Source: Bacilli bacterium
Lineage (GTDB): Bacteria; Bacillota_I; Bacilli_A; ML615J-28; CAG-313
Direction of reading: 5' to 3'
Length of the DNA stretch: 64,000 nucleotides
Assembly: GCA_017463365.1 (NCBI GenBank)
Contig: JAFTPH010000038.1
Coordinates: 329 to 64,328 of the forward strand
Position 1 is the stretch's first letter. The number at the start of each line of letters is the position of its first letter. Below are positions 30,646 to 40,048 of this stretch, piece after piece. The notes beneath the pieces were generated by a model. It saw only the letters and a program-made list of their open reading frames with translations, ran no database searches and was not told where the DNA came from. The position numbers were made by a program, and so were the translations under genes.

Positions 30646-32286
30646 TTATCCTGCTAATAAAGCATCTAATTCTTTTTGATAAATATCTTGTAATGAACTT
30701 AATACTACAGATGGAGTCTTATCTCCTTTAGAGTTAACAATTAAGCTTGATGATTGAGGATAAATACCATATTCACCATAGTGAGATCCATCACCTAAAC
30801 TCATTGAAACTACACCGATCATTTCGAAATAAGTTAATCCTTCAGTAGTTTGAACATCCATGATTGCAGCTACAGATTCTGCAGAGTCAATTCTAGCTTC
30901 TAAGTAAGCTTGATATTTTTCATCTGGAGATAATGCTGTTGATTTAGATTCAGGTTTTAAACCATTTGTTAAATCATCAAAGATGTTGAATAAGATAGCA
31001 GAACTTAATCCGTTTTCTCCGTTTTCAACGCTACGAATAGCATACATACCTTCATATCCAATAGGAATTTGATATGTATCTAAGTTAACATCGTCATCGT
31101 TTCTTGGATAAGGAACAGCTGAAATTGAGAAGTCTAAAGTAGCTGGCCAACGTTCAGCATTTCCATAGAACCACATACCACCAGTTTGGAATAATACTAA
31201 TCCATCTTTGAAGTTAGTAGTTGAAACTGTTGATCCGTTTGGTTCCCAATATAAGTTTTCAATTTCTTGTAAATCAGAGAATACATCAATTACAGTTTGG
31301 CTTGTTAATAATACACGACCATTTTTAATGAATGCTCCACCACGTGCTGCAACTAAACCTTTAGCAACATCGAAGTAGTCTCCACCAAATGCCCATTTTT
31401 CACCTTTTTCTTTTTCAGCATCAAATAAAGCTTGAGCTTGAGCTAATAAATCTTTAAATGCGCTCCATGTCCATTCATTATTGTTCCATAATGTAGCTGG
31501 ATCTGGTAAGTTATATTGGTCAATTAAGTCTTGATTATAGTGTAACCAGTGGTCAGGACGAGCTTCACCACTTGCATAAGCATAAACTTTACTATTGTAT
31601 TGTCCCATTAAATTATAGTTATTAGATTGTTCATAGTTATAATCTGTGAAAATACCAGTTTCACGTTTAGTATTATATAATTCAGCGATAGCACTATTTC
31701 TAGCAAGAGTTGGAACCCAGCTAGAGTCAATTAAGAAGATATCACCAACATCAGTACCATTTAAAACACCTGTGAAGATCCATTTAACACGTTCAGGTCC
31801 CCAAGGAGCTTCAGCTGGATAATCTTTATAAACGATATCGATATTATATTCAGATTCAATTTTAGCGATTAATTGACGTTTTTCAGTTTTTCTTTCTCCA
31901 CTATAGTTTGCATCGTTAGGGTCATATTCACTTACTGGTAAAACCATAATTTCGATTTCCATACCTTTTCCGTCCCAATCGTCTTTGTTATATTCCCAGT
32001 TCCAAGTTTCTGGGTCTAAGCAAAGTTCATTTTCACGGTCTAATGCGCAGTTAACGTCAGTAGGATTTATACCTGAGTCTCCTCCTTGATAATTTGGATC
32101 TTTAGCATCACAAACAGTACATTTTCCATCTTTAAATGTATGTCCATCTTTACATTTATCAGTTACTTGTGTACCACTACCACCGTCAGGATTATCTGGA
32201 GTTTCTTCTCCACCACCACATGCTGTTAACGCAAAAATTCCAAATAACATTACAACTGCTAATAAGAAATATTTTTTAAGTTTCAT
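30646..32286 (-). CDS. Carbohydrate ABC substrate-binding lipoprotein
   Basis: Lipobox LTAC, YNQDLI..YNLPDP..LW...EWTW and VPYP (SBP family 1/8 pattern); has its own promoter and terminator. Confidence 0.85.
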   Translation of the reverse strand: MKLKKYFLLAVVMLFGIFALTACGGGEETPDNPDGGSGTQVTDKCKDGHTFKDGKCTVCDAKDPNYQGGDSGINPTDVNCALDRENELCLDPETWNWEYNKDDWDGKGMEIEIMVLPVSEYDPNDANYSGERKTEKRQLIAKIESEYNIDIVYKDYPAEAPWGPERVKWIFTGVLNGTDVGDIFLIDSSWVPTLARNSAIAELYNTKRETGIFTDYNYEQSNNYNLMGQYNSKVYAYASGEARPDHWLHYNQDLIDQYNLPDPATLWNNNEWTWSAFKDLLAQAQALFDAEKEKGEKWAFGGDYFDVAKGLVAARGGAFIKNGRVLLTSQTVIDVFSDLQEIENLYWEPNGSTVSTTNFKDGLVLFQTGGMWFYGNAERWPATLDFSISAVPYPRNDDDVNLDTYQIPIGYEGMYAIRSVENGENGLSSAILFNIFDDLTNGLKPESKSTALSPDEKYQAYLEARIDSAESVAAIMDVQTTEGLTYFEMIGVVSMSLGDGSHYGEYGIYPQSSSLIVNSKGDKTPSVVLSSLQDIYQKELDALLAG

Positions 32287-32350
32287 GTTTTCCTCCTTAA
32301 AATTTATATCAGTATAATAAATACCTTTTCTTTGGCCCTATTATAATGAA

Positions 32351-32417
32351 AGAAAACGCATTCATATTACTTCACTATTATTATAGCATAATCTTGTAAA
32401 AAAAGAAAGCGTTTTAA
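32351..32417 (-). promoter_or_regulatory. Promoter with two cre-like boxes
   Basis: TGCTATAAT at 32388-32380. AGAAAACGCATTCA at 32351-32364 and AGAAAGCGTTTTAA at 32404-32417. Confidence 0.5.
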
Positions 32418-32428
32418 CAACTTTTTAT

Positions 32429-33415
32429 TTACTTATTTTGGCAAATTATTTCTTTTTGTGTATAAGTATAAGATTTCCATATTTCAAAACCATAATTACG
32501 ATAAATATGCATAAGGTTTGTCCAATCAATAATGATATCAGCCACACCTTTATCAATTAATTCATTAATTATACTTTTCAATATGTTATTCGCAATATTT
32601 CTTCTTCGGTAATTTATATCTACCCCAAGCGGCCCAATTCCCCCGATTTTTTCGAAACGACCATGAAAATTCAAACTATAACTAGTAAGAATAGTTGGAG
32701 TATTATAATCACAAAATTTGCAAAAACCAACAACATTTTCTAATTCATCAATACAGATCATATATTCATAACCTGTTCCACCCTTTTCCACATAATCAAG
32801 GAATTCAATATGCCATCTACCAGGCCAATTGTTTTTAATAAGGACATCTATTTTTGATAAATCATTAATGTTAGCTCTTCTAATTTGATAATTTTTTCCA
32901 TCTTTAAATGGTTTAAGCATTTCTTTTTTAGTATCAACCGTTACATGTTTTACTAAATCGTTAGTATCATATCCTAAAGTATAACCTCTTTTACTAAACC
33001 AATCACGATAATACTTAAGATCTGTCGGAAGTCCAGGAAAAAAGTTAAAGTAATCACGACCTAGATTAATAACTTCTTTGTTTTGTTTTTCAAAAATTTC
33101 CTCAACTAAATTAAGTAGTTTACTACCGATTCCTTGATTTCTAAATCCAGGCATTACATAGATTAAACTAATCCAACCACTCTTTTCATATGTGGGCAAA
33201 TCATAATCTTTTTCCCATATTTTTCCAATTATAAAACCAACTGGTTGATTATTAATTAAACATACAAACGATGAATCTAATACTTTGTCACCATATGAAA
33301 AAACATTTTTTTCAAACAATTTTTTAGTTATGGGGAATATAAAACCTAGTTCTTTATTCCACATTTCGTATAACAAATTATACTCTTTAAAATCTCTTAA
33401 TTTAACAATATTCAT
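32429..33415 (-). CDS. Tandem-domain GNAT acetyltransferase (GlmA-like glucosaminide N-acetyltransferase candidate)
   Basis: Two acetyl-CoA motifs (FRNQGIGSKLL and GPLGV...RRRNIA), FFPGLP and IIDWT...YRNYGF. Confidence 0.75.
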   Translation of the reverse strand: MNIVKLRDFKEYNLLYEMWNKELGFIFPITKKLFEKNVFSYGDKVLDSSFVCLINNQPVGFIIGKIWEKDYDLPTYEKSGWISLIYVMPGFRNQGIGSKLLNLVEEIFEKQNKEVINLGRDYFNFFPGLPTDLKYYRDWFSKRGYTLGYDTNDLVKHVTVDTKKEMLKPFKDGKNYQIRRANINDLSKIDVLIKNNWPGRWHIEFLDYVEKGGTGYEYMICIDELENVVGFCKFCDYNTPTILTSYSLNFHGRFEKIGGIGPLGVDINYRRRNIANNILKSIINELIDKGVADIIIDWTNLMHIYRNYGFEIWKSYTYTQKEIICQNK

Positions 33416-33477
33416 ATCTATATACTCCTATATTAATATTTTACTATTAATATATTTTTTTTACAATAATATAGAAA

Positions 33478-33511
33478 ATAAAAATATGAGGAAGATTAAA
33501 TCTTCCTCATA
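33478..33511 (-). terminator. Terminator after the large surface protein gene
   Basis: TATGAGGAAGA-TTAAA-TCTTCCTCATA inverted repeat with a plus-strand A-run. Confidence 0.7.
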
Positions 33512-33552
33512 CCTTTTATATAGTTATAAGATATTTAATAATTATCTAATTA

Positions 33553-36500
33553 TTATTTTTTCTTTAAAACTACTAATACAACAGCACCAACGCTTGCTAA
33601 TGCAGCAACACCAGCTAATACTGTAGCAACAACTACTAATGTATTATCAGCTGCAGCATCTGTAGCACCTTGAACACCGTCTTTGATTTGATCTTGACCA
33701 GCGATAACTTCGTCTTTAGATCCGTCAACTTTATCGCTTACAGCTTCTTCACTATCTTTAACAGCAGTATTAACGTCTTCGATAGCATCTAAAACTTCAT
33801 CAAGAACAACTTCTTGTTCATTAACAGTTACTGTGTATTCAACTTCTCTTGAGTTACCACTCTTATCCATTGCAGAAACTTTTACAGTGTATTCACCTGG
33901 TTTGTAGCAGTTAACTGTATCTTGTTCAGCAGCGAATGCGAAGTAGTCAGCTTCGAATAAGTTACCTTCAACGTTATCATATGCGAAGTAGATACCATCT
34001 AAGTAATGGAAGTCTTCACCATAGTTGATAGTAACATCACGAGCTTGTAATACTGGAGCAACAGTGTCAACAAATTTAACAACTGCAGTTTCAGTAACAG
34101 CTTTTCTTCCGTTTCTGTTATAAACAGTCATTTCAACTGGGAATTCACCACTAACTACACCACTTGCTAATGCAGCGTCTAATTCAGGGCAAACGAAGTT
34201 GATTTGAGAAGAGATGTCATTACCTTTAATTCCGCAAGATTCACTATAAACTCTATCATATGCAGTAGCGATAGTTCTTACATTGAATGTAGAAGGATCA
34301 GTAACATATAATTGAGCAGCGTTAACTTCAATAATTGGAGTTACGTCATAAACGTCTTCAACAGCAACAAATTCTAAATCAATTGTAGAAGATAATCCTA
34401 AGATAGGGCTCTTAACGTTTACAGTTACATAAGTAACATCGTTAATAACTGTGCTTACAGGTAATACATAATCTTCATATTTAGTTGGAACTGGGTATCC
34501 AGCAGCTTCTTCTGGAGTTACAGGACCATAACTTGCATGAGTCTTACCTTGACAGTAATTTTTGAACATTACTGAGTAAGTTCCCCAAGGAGATGCCCAT
34601 AAATCGTTACCTTTTCTAATTCTTGTAAAGTAGTTAATAGCACTTTCCCATTTAACAGCAACATCTTTATCAGTTAAGAATGGTTGGAATGTAGATGCAC
34701 CAGCTAAACCAGTATAGTAACCAGCATAGTCTTTTGCAGTAGCAGATGAGTGCATGAATAATTGAACATTAGCACATTGTGCAGTAGTAACAGTTCCTTT
34801 TTCAATTAAGAAGTTATAGAAATCAGTAAAGAATGCAGTTAAGAATTCATCTTTATTCTTATATGGAGATTTAAATACTTCTAATTTACCATCAACAGTT
34901 ACGTTATATTCTAATGCGATTTCATCAGCATATTCATTTGCTTTCCATTCTTCAAATACTTTTTCAGCTCTTTCTTTAGCAACTGCAGTGATATTAGCTT
35001 CAACTTCATTTACAGTTTTTTCATATTCAGCATAGTATCCAGTAGCAGCTTTAGATTCATCTTCTTTAGTATTTTTGTCATCAACAATAGTAGGGTTACC
35101 TAATTCAGCAACTGCAGCATCATATTTAGCTTGAGCTTCTTCAACAGCTTTGCAAGCTTTAGCGTAGTCAGCATCACCAGCTAAGTATTTAGCGATATAA
35201 GCAACTCTATCAGCTTCAGCTTCTTCTAATGCTAAGTATAATCCAGTAGCAGCTTCTTTATCAGTTTTTGCAGCACCTAATTCAGCTTTTGCATCAACAA
35301 CAGCTTTCTCAGCAGCTAACATTTGTTCTTTTAATGAAACTGTATTTTCTAAGCATTCTTCAACATAGTCATGCATTGCGATGTTAGCGATATTTAAGTC
35401 AACTAATAAGTCGATGAATTCGTTAACAACTGCAGCATATTCAGGAGCGAATGTATCATTAGAATCAACTTTAAATGCAGCAACTAATGCAGCGCGTGCA
35501 GTTTCTTCATCAGCAGTTCCAATTGCAGCGATGAATGCAGCTTTAGCAGCTTGTAATTCAGCATTTGCAAAAGTGATCTTCCAATCTTCAAATACTTTAT
35601 CTTGTTCAGCTTTAACAGCAACATCAGCAATAGTAATACCTTCATTACCTAAACCTAATGCAACATATGAAGTTAAGATAGCTAATTGTGCATCATGAGC
35701 AGCTTTAGCATCACTTAATGAAGTATTATAACCTTGATATTGTAATGTATCTCTATGAGAAATAGTTGATGCTTCATAAGCAGTTTTAGCAATTTCATAT
35801 GCTTTTTCTAATTTAGCGATTTCTGCTTTCTTATCTTCGATTGCAGCTTCAGCTAATTCGATAGTCTTTAATAATTGTTTATATTCGTTAACAATAGTAT
35901 CTTTTTCAGATGCTAAGATAGCTTGTTCAGCAGCATCTTCTAAAGCAACTTTGTTAGCTTTAGCGTTATCTAATGCAGTTTTTGCATCAGCAACAGCTTG
36001 TTTTAATCCAGCTTCTTTTGCAGCTTGTTCATCTAACCATGATTGGTAAGTTTCATAAGCAACTTCTTCTCTTAATAAAGCTTTTTCAGCTTCAACAAAT
36101 GCAGCTTTTTTAGCAGCAAAATCATCTTCAGTCATAACTGAACTTGTGAATGAGAATGGGTCATTTTCATCAGTGAAGCAGTAAGAAACACCAGTTAAAT
36201 CAATTAATTTATCGAAATCGATTTGAGTTCCTGCAACAACTTCAATTGTATTAGTTCCTTCAATTAATGATAATCCCATACCATCTAATACTGTATCAGT
36301 ATATTCGATATCGCTTGCAGCATAGTTATGGCATTTTACAGTTTGAGCATATCCTTCTTCACGACCATATAAATAAGCTTGTGCTTGAACTTCTTTATAT
36401 AAAGGTAATAAAGTAGATGTTCTTTCTAAGTAACCGAATTTGTATAATAAACCACCAGCAGGGATAACAGTAGCGTTGAATGGAGCACGAACACCATCTG

Positions 36501-37521
36501 CATCTGATTCATCAGCTGCAAGTTCTGCACCAGACATTCCACCACCATAGTTGAATGCTGAACCTAAGATAGCAACTGCAACTTTAGTTTCTTCATTATA
36601 GAAGTCCCAGTTATCAGCTTTCCATCCTTCACCTAAATAGTTATTATTTAAGTTAGCAGGTTTTTCTTCCATGTGCATCCATACGAAACGATAAGTTACG
36701 TAGTTAGGATCTTCACCAGGAACTTGAACTTTTTCATATTCACCAGTAGGTTCTCCGTTTTCATCTAAAATTGGTTTGTCTAAATCATCTTCTTCACCGT
36801 CAACTAAAACTCTTGCACAGTTAGAAGCATCAGCGTTAGCAACAACACCAACTCCATTTTCATCCCAACAGAATTCTTGACCTAATCCATAAGCAGCTTC
36901 AACAGCATTTTTACTTGTGTCTGGTAACATAACACCAGCTACAGCTTTACCAGCACCATCAAAGATGATGTATGGGTTAGCAGCGTTAGCTTTGTTAATA
37001 TCAACCATTGACCAGTCTGCTTCTTGGTCATTAAATAAATAGAAACTTAATGATGGGTCACCAGGAGCAGTTCTTACATATGAACCACCTTTGTAGAATG
37101 ATCCTTTATCATAAGTTCCAGTAGTAGTGTAGATATATCCACCAATACCGATTTGTCCACCTTTAGATGCACCTTGAGGGTAAATACCATAGTATTGACC
37201 TGTAGCACCTTCAGCGTTATATTGAGGGATTACTACTTTAACACCATTCCAAGCATATTGACGTACACTTCCACCCCAGTTTTTATCTTCATATTCAGTA
37301 CCTTTAGCACCTTCATAATCGAAATGATCTGGGAAAGTAGTTGTAATACTATTCATGATATACATAGGAATTTCAACAACATTTCCTTCATCGTCAGTTA
37401 GTAAATATGGGTTTTCGAACCATTTACCTTCAGCTGGTTCAGCAGCTTTAACAGTAGTACCAAAACCGAACATTACTAGAGCGATTGCAAATAAGCTTAT
37501 AAAAGCAAATACTCTTTTCAT
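33553..37521 (-). CDS. Large membrane-anchored surface protein (coiled-coil stalk, Ig-like domains)
   Basis: Signal peptide from MKRVFAF (RBS AGGAGG), about 400 aa of Ala/Glu/Lys heptad-like sequence, DUF5011-like DTVAPVL...AYDNVEG...PGEYTV...D.SGN, and a C-terminal transmembrane helix followed by KKK. Confidence 0.8.
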   Translation of the reverse strand: MKRVFAFISLFAIALVMFGFGTTVKAAEPAEGKWFENPYLLTDDEGNVVEIPMYIMNSITTTFPDHFDYEGAKGTEYEDKNWGGSVRQYAWNGVKVVIPQYNAEGATGQYYGIYPQGASKGGQIGIGGYIYTTTGTYDKGSFYKGGSYVRTAPGDPSLSFYLFNDQEADWSMVDINKANAANPYIIFDGAGKAVAGVMLPDTSKNAVEAAYGLGQEFCWDENGVGVVANADASNCARVLVDGEEDDLDKPILDENGEPTGEYEKVQVPGEDPNYVTYRFVWMHMEEKPANLNNNYLGEGWKADNWDFYNEETKVAVAILGSAFNYGGGMSGAELAADESDADGVRAPFNATVIPAGGLLYKFGYLERTSTLLPLYKEVQAQAYLYGREEGYAQTVKCHNYAASDIEYTDTVLDGMGLSLIEGTNTIEVVAGTQIDFDKLIDLTGVSYCFTDENDPFSFTSSVMTEDDFAAKKAAFVEAEKALLREEVAYETYQSWLDEQAAKEAGLKQAVADAKTALDNAKANKVALEDAAEQAILASEKDTIVNEYKQLLKTIELAEAAIEDKKAEIAKLEKAYEIAKTAYEASTISHRDTLQYQGYNTSLSDAKAAHDAQLAILTSYVALGLGNEGITIADVAVKAEQDKVFEDWKITFANAELQAAKAAFIAAIGTADEETARAALVAAFKVDSNDTFAPEYAAVVNEFIDLLVDLNIANIAMHDYVEECLENTVSLKEQMLAAEKAVVDAKAELGAAKTDKEAATGLYLALEEAEADRVAYIAKYLAGDADYAKACKAVEEAQAKYDAAVAELGNPTIVDDKNTKEDESKAATGYYAEYEKTVNEVEANITAVAKERAEKVFEEWKANEYADEIALEYNVTVDGKLEVFKSPYKNKDEFLTAFFTDFYNFLIEKGTVTTAQCANVQLFMHSSATAKDYAGYYTGLAGASTFQPFLTDKDVAVKWESAINYFTRIRKGNDLWASPWGTYSVMFKNYCQGKTHASYGPVTPEEAAGYPVPTKYEDYVLPVSTVINDVTYVTVNVKSPILGLSSTIDLEFVAVEDVYDVTPIIEVNAAQLYVTDPSTFNVRTIATAYDRVYSESCGIKGNDISSQINFVCPELDAALASGVVSGEFPVEMTVYNRNGRKAVTETAVVKFVDTVAPVLQARDVTINYGEDFHYLDGIYFAYDNVEGNLFEADYFAFAAEQDTVNCYKPGEYTVKVSAMDKSGNSREVEYTVTVNEQEVVLDEVLDAIEDVNTAVKDSEEAVSDKVDGSKDEVIAGQDQIKDGVQGATDAAADNTLVVVATVLAGVAALASVGAVVLVVLKKK

Positions 37522-37569
37522 TTTCTTTTTTCCTCCTAATAGAATGTATTTGAAAGTGTTTGCGGTTAT

Positions 37570-37598
37570 ATTATAGCACAAACGTTTTGATTTGGCAA
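37570..37598 (-). promoter_or_regulatory. Promoter of the large surface protein gene
   Basis: TTGCCA-17 bp-TATAAT with TG extension; AAACGTTT palindromic core in the spacer. Confidence 0.55.
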
Positions 37599-37734
37599 GC
37601 ATTTTATTATAAATTAACTAAGAATATTTTCGTTTTTTCTAAGTTTACTCAAATTCATACTGATTTTTTTAACAAAAATGCCGCTTTTTCAAACAATATA
37701 ACACACAATTATTTCCACTTATTACCAAATTTAA

Positions 37735-38475
37735 TTAATTTTGTTCAGCATATTTAGAATATGCATCTTCATCTACAACAATAGTAACATCTTCATGTCT
37801 ATAAAGAACACTTGCAGGGAAATCTGTTGTAACTTCACCACTTAATAATTTTACAACAGTATCAGCTTTTCCTTTACCACTAATTAACATTAAAATTGAT
37901 TTAGCTTGCATAATGTTTTTAATACCCATCGTTACCGCATGAGTAGGAACTTCATCAATACTATTGAAGAAACGTTTATTATCTTCTCTAGTTCTTTCGG
38001 CAAGTGTAACTACAAATGTTTCTTGTTCAAATGATGTACCTGGTTCATTAAATCCAATATGACCATTTCCACCAATACCAAGTAATTGAATATCAATTGA
38101 TGCCTTTTTTAATGCTTCATTGTATGCATTACATTGAGCTTGAATTTCACTTTCAGTTCCTCTTGCACTTGGAATGTGAACATTTTCTTCTTTAATATCA
38201 ACGTGATTGAATAAATTATCATGCATAAAGCAATAGTAGCTTTGTGGATGATCAATGCTAATACCACAATATTCATCTAAATTGTAAGTTTTAACATCTT
38301 TGAAGCTCACTTCTTTATTATTGTATGCTTCAATAATTTTTTGGTACGTACCAATTGGGCTACTTCCTGTTGCAAGCCCTAAAGTAGAACGAGGATTTTT
38401 CTTAACTTGTTCAATTAAGATATCTGCTGCTACTTTACTCATTTCATCATAGTTTTTTGTAACGATTACTTTCAT
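37735..38475 (-). CDS. nagB: Glucosamine-6-phosphate deaminase
   Basis: LGLATGSSP, NLDEY, LGIGGNGHIGFNEPG and TMGI motifs. Confidence 0.97.
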   Translation of the reverse strand: MKVIVTKNYDEMSKVAADILIEQVKKNPRSTLGLATGSSPIGTYQKIIEAYNNKEVSFKDVKTYNLDEYCGISIDHPQSYYCFMHDNLFNHVDIKEENVHIPSARGTESEIQAQCNAYNEALKKASIDIQLLGIGGNGHIGFNEPGTSFEQETFVVTLAERTREDNKRFFNSIDEVPTHAVTMGIKNIMQAKSILMLISGKGKADTVVKLLSGEVTTDFPASVLYRHEDVTIVVDEDAYSKYAEQN

Positions 38476-38476
38476 T

Positions 38477-40042
38477 TTATACCTCCTTAATTGTCACTGG
38501 AATTTTTCCTTTAGCTTCTGCACTACCAGTTAGCACTTTTGATAGTGATTTAAAAGCTAGTGGTGTAGCTTCATAACTACATACATATGTTGAAATATTT
38601 TCTAATACGCCATAATCATATGGTGTTCTAATCGCAACTACAATTAATTTATTTTTATCTAATGAATTTATTAAATTTGCTTGTTCTGGATTAAAGCACG
38701 CATTATAGCTACAATATACTATTTTATCATATTCTGTTTGTTTTTTCAACAATAATTCTTTTTCTTCTTCACTTGGTGATAATGGCATATATATTTTATC
38801 ACAAGCAAAAGGCATAAATTCCGCTAGTGACATAAGTCCCATTTCATCATTTTCAACTAAAGTTACTACTTGTATTTGAGGGAAAACAATTAGTGTTTTC
38901 TCTTCTTTTTTAATAGGTAATAATTTCTTGTTATCTTCTATTAAGGTAATACTATCTAAACTTACCGCTTCACTAAATGCAACCGCTTCTTCATTGCATA
39001 ATTCTTTTTCAATATCTTCGAATGAATCAGCCATTGGTCTAATGAATTGTTCTTTATATTTTAAAATTCTTTCTACTGCTTCATCAATTTTTGTAAGAGG
39101 AATTCTCCCTTCTTTAGCAAGTCTTACAGCAGTATCATAAAAATCTTTTTGAAGATTAATATCGCGAGCTCCACATAGAAGCAAAATATCATCTCCAGAA
39201 TTAAAGCCATTTTCAACAATTTCTTCAATTGTAAAATTATTGAAAACCGCCTTCATTGTTAATGAATCAGTTACAACTAATCCATCATATCCAATTTCAT
39301 CTCTTAATAACCCTTGAACTACTTTTTTTGATAAAGTAGATGGATACTTATCATCATATTTTGTAAATAATACATGACTTACCATTATACCTGGCAAATT
39401 AAGTTCTTTAGCTTTAATAAATGGTTTTAATTCCATTTCATATAAACGTTTTTCATCAAAATCAACAACCGGTAAACCAACGTGAGAGTCAACCGCTGTA
39501 TCTCCATGTCCAGGGAAATGTTTAATTGAAGACATCATTAAGGCATCACTATAACCATTAACTGCTTCAACTACATATTCTGATACAATATCAGGGTTTT
39601 CTGAATAAGATCTTACATTAATAACTGGGTTTTTAGGGTTATTATTAATATCACCTACTGGTGCAAAATTAAAGTTAAACCCCAACATTTGAAGTTCTCG
39701 ACCCATATTGTATGCAAGTTTATATGCATTTTTAGGATTACCTGTTGCACTTATTGGCATTGCTCCAGGTGATTGAGTAACTCCTTCAGTAACACGCGCT
39801 ACCATTCCTCCTTCTTGGTCTAAACTCACAAATGGAGGGATTTTAGCATTCTTATAAATTTCTTTATTAAGGTTGAAGATTTGTGCAGGACTTGCACAAT
39901 TATCTTTAAAATAAATTACAAGTCCCACTTTCATATCTTCAATTTGCATTTTTAATTCTGAATTATAATCTGTACCTTTAAAAGCAAAACCAATCATTTG
40001 ACCAATTTTTTCTTCTAAAGTCATTTTTTTAATATCAAACAT
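38477..40042 (-). CDS. nagZ: GH3 beta-N-acetylglucosaminidase
   Basis: DQEGG, NagZ signature KHFPGHGDTAVDSH and TDSL.M; no signal peptide. Confidence 0.9.
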   Translation of the reverse strand: MFDIKKMTLEEKIGQMIGFAFKGTDYNSELKMQIEDMKVGLVIYFKDNCASPAQIFNLNKEIYKNAKIPPFVSLDQEGGMVARVTEGVTQSPGAMPISATGNPKNAYKLAYNMGRELQMLGFNFNFAPVGDINNNPKNPVINVRSYSENPDIVSEYVVEAVNGYSDALMMSSIKHFPGHGDTAVDSHVGLPVVDFDEKRLYEMELKPFIKAKELNLPGIMVSHVLFTKYDDKYPSTLSKKVVQGLLRDEIGYDGLVVTDSLTMKAVFNNFTIEEIVENGFNSGDDILLLCGARDINLQKDFYDTAVRLAKEGRIPLTKIDEAVERILKYKEQFIRPMADSFEDIEKELCNEEAVAFSEAVSLDSITLIEDNKKLLPIKKEEKTLIVFPQIQVVTLVENDEMGLMSLAEFMPFACDKIYMPLSPSEEEKELLLKKQTEYDKIVYCSYNACFNPEQANLINSLDKNKLIVVAIRTPYDYGVLENISTYVCSYEATPLAFKSLSKVLTGSAEAKGKIPVTIKEV

Positions 40043-40048
40043 ATATTA

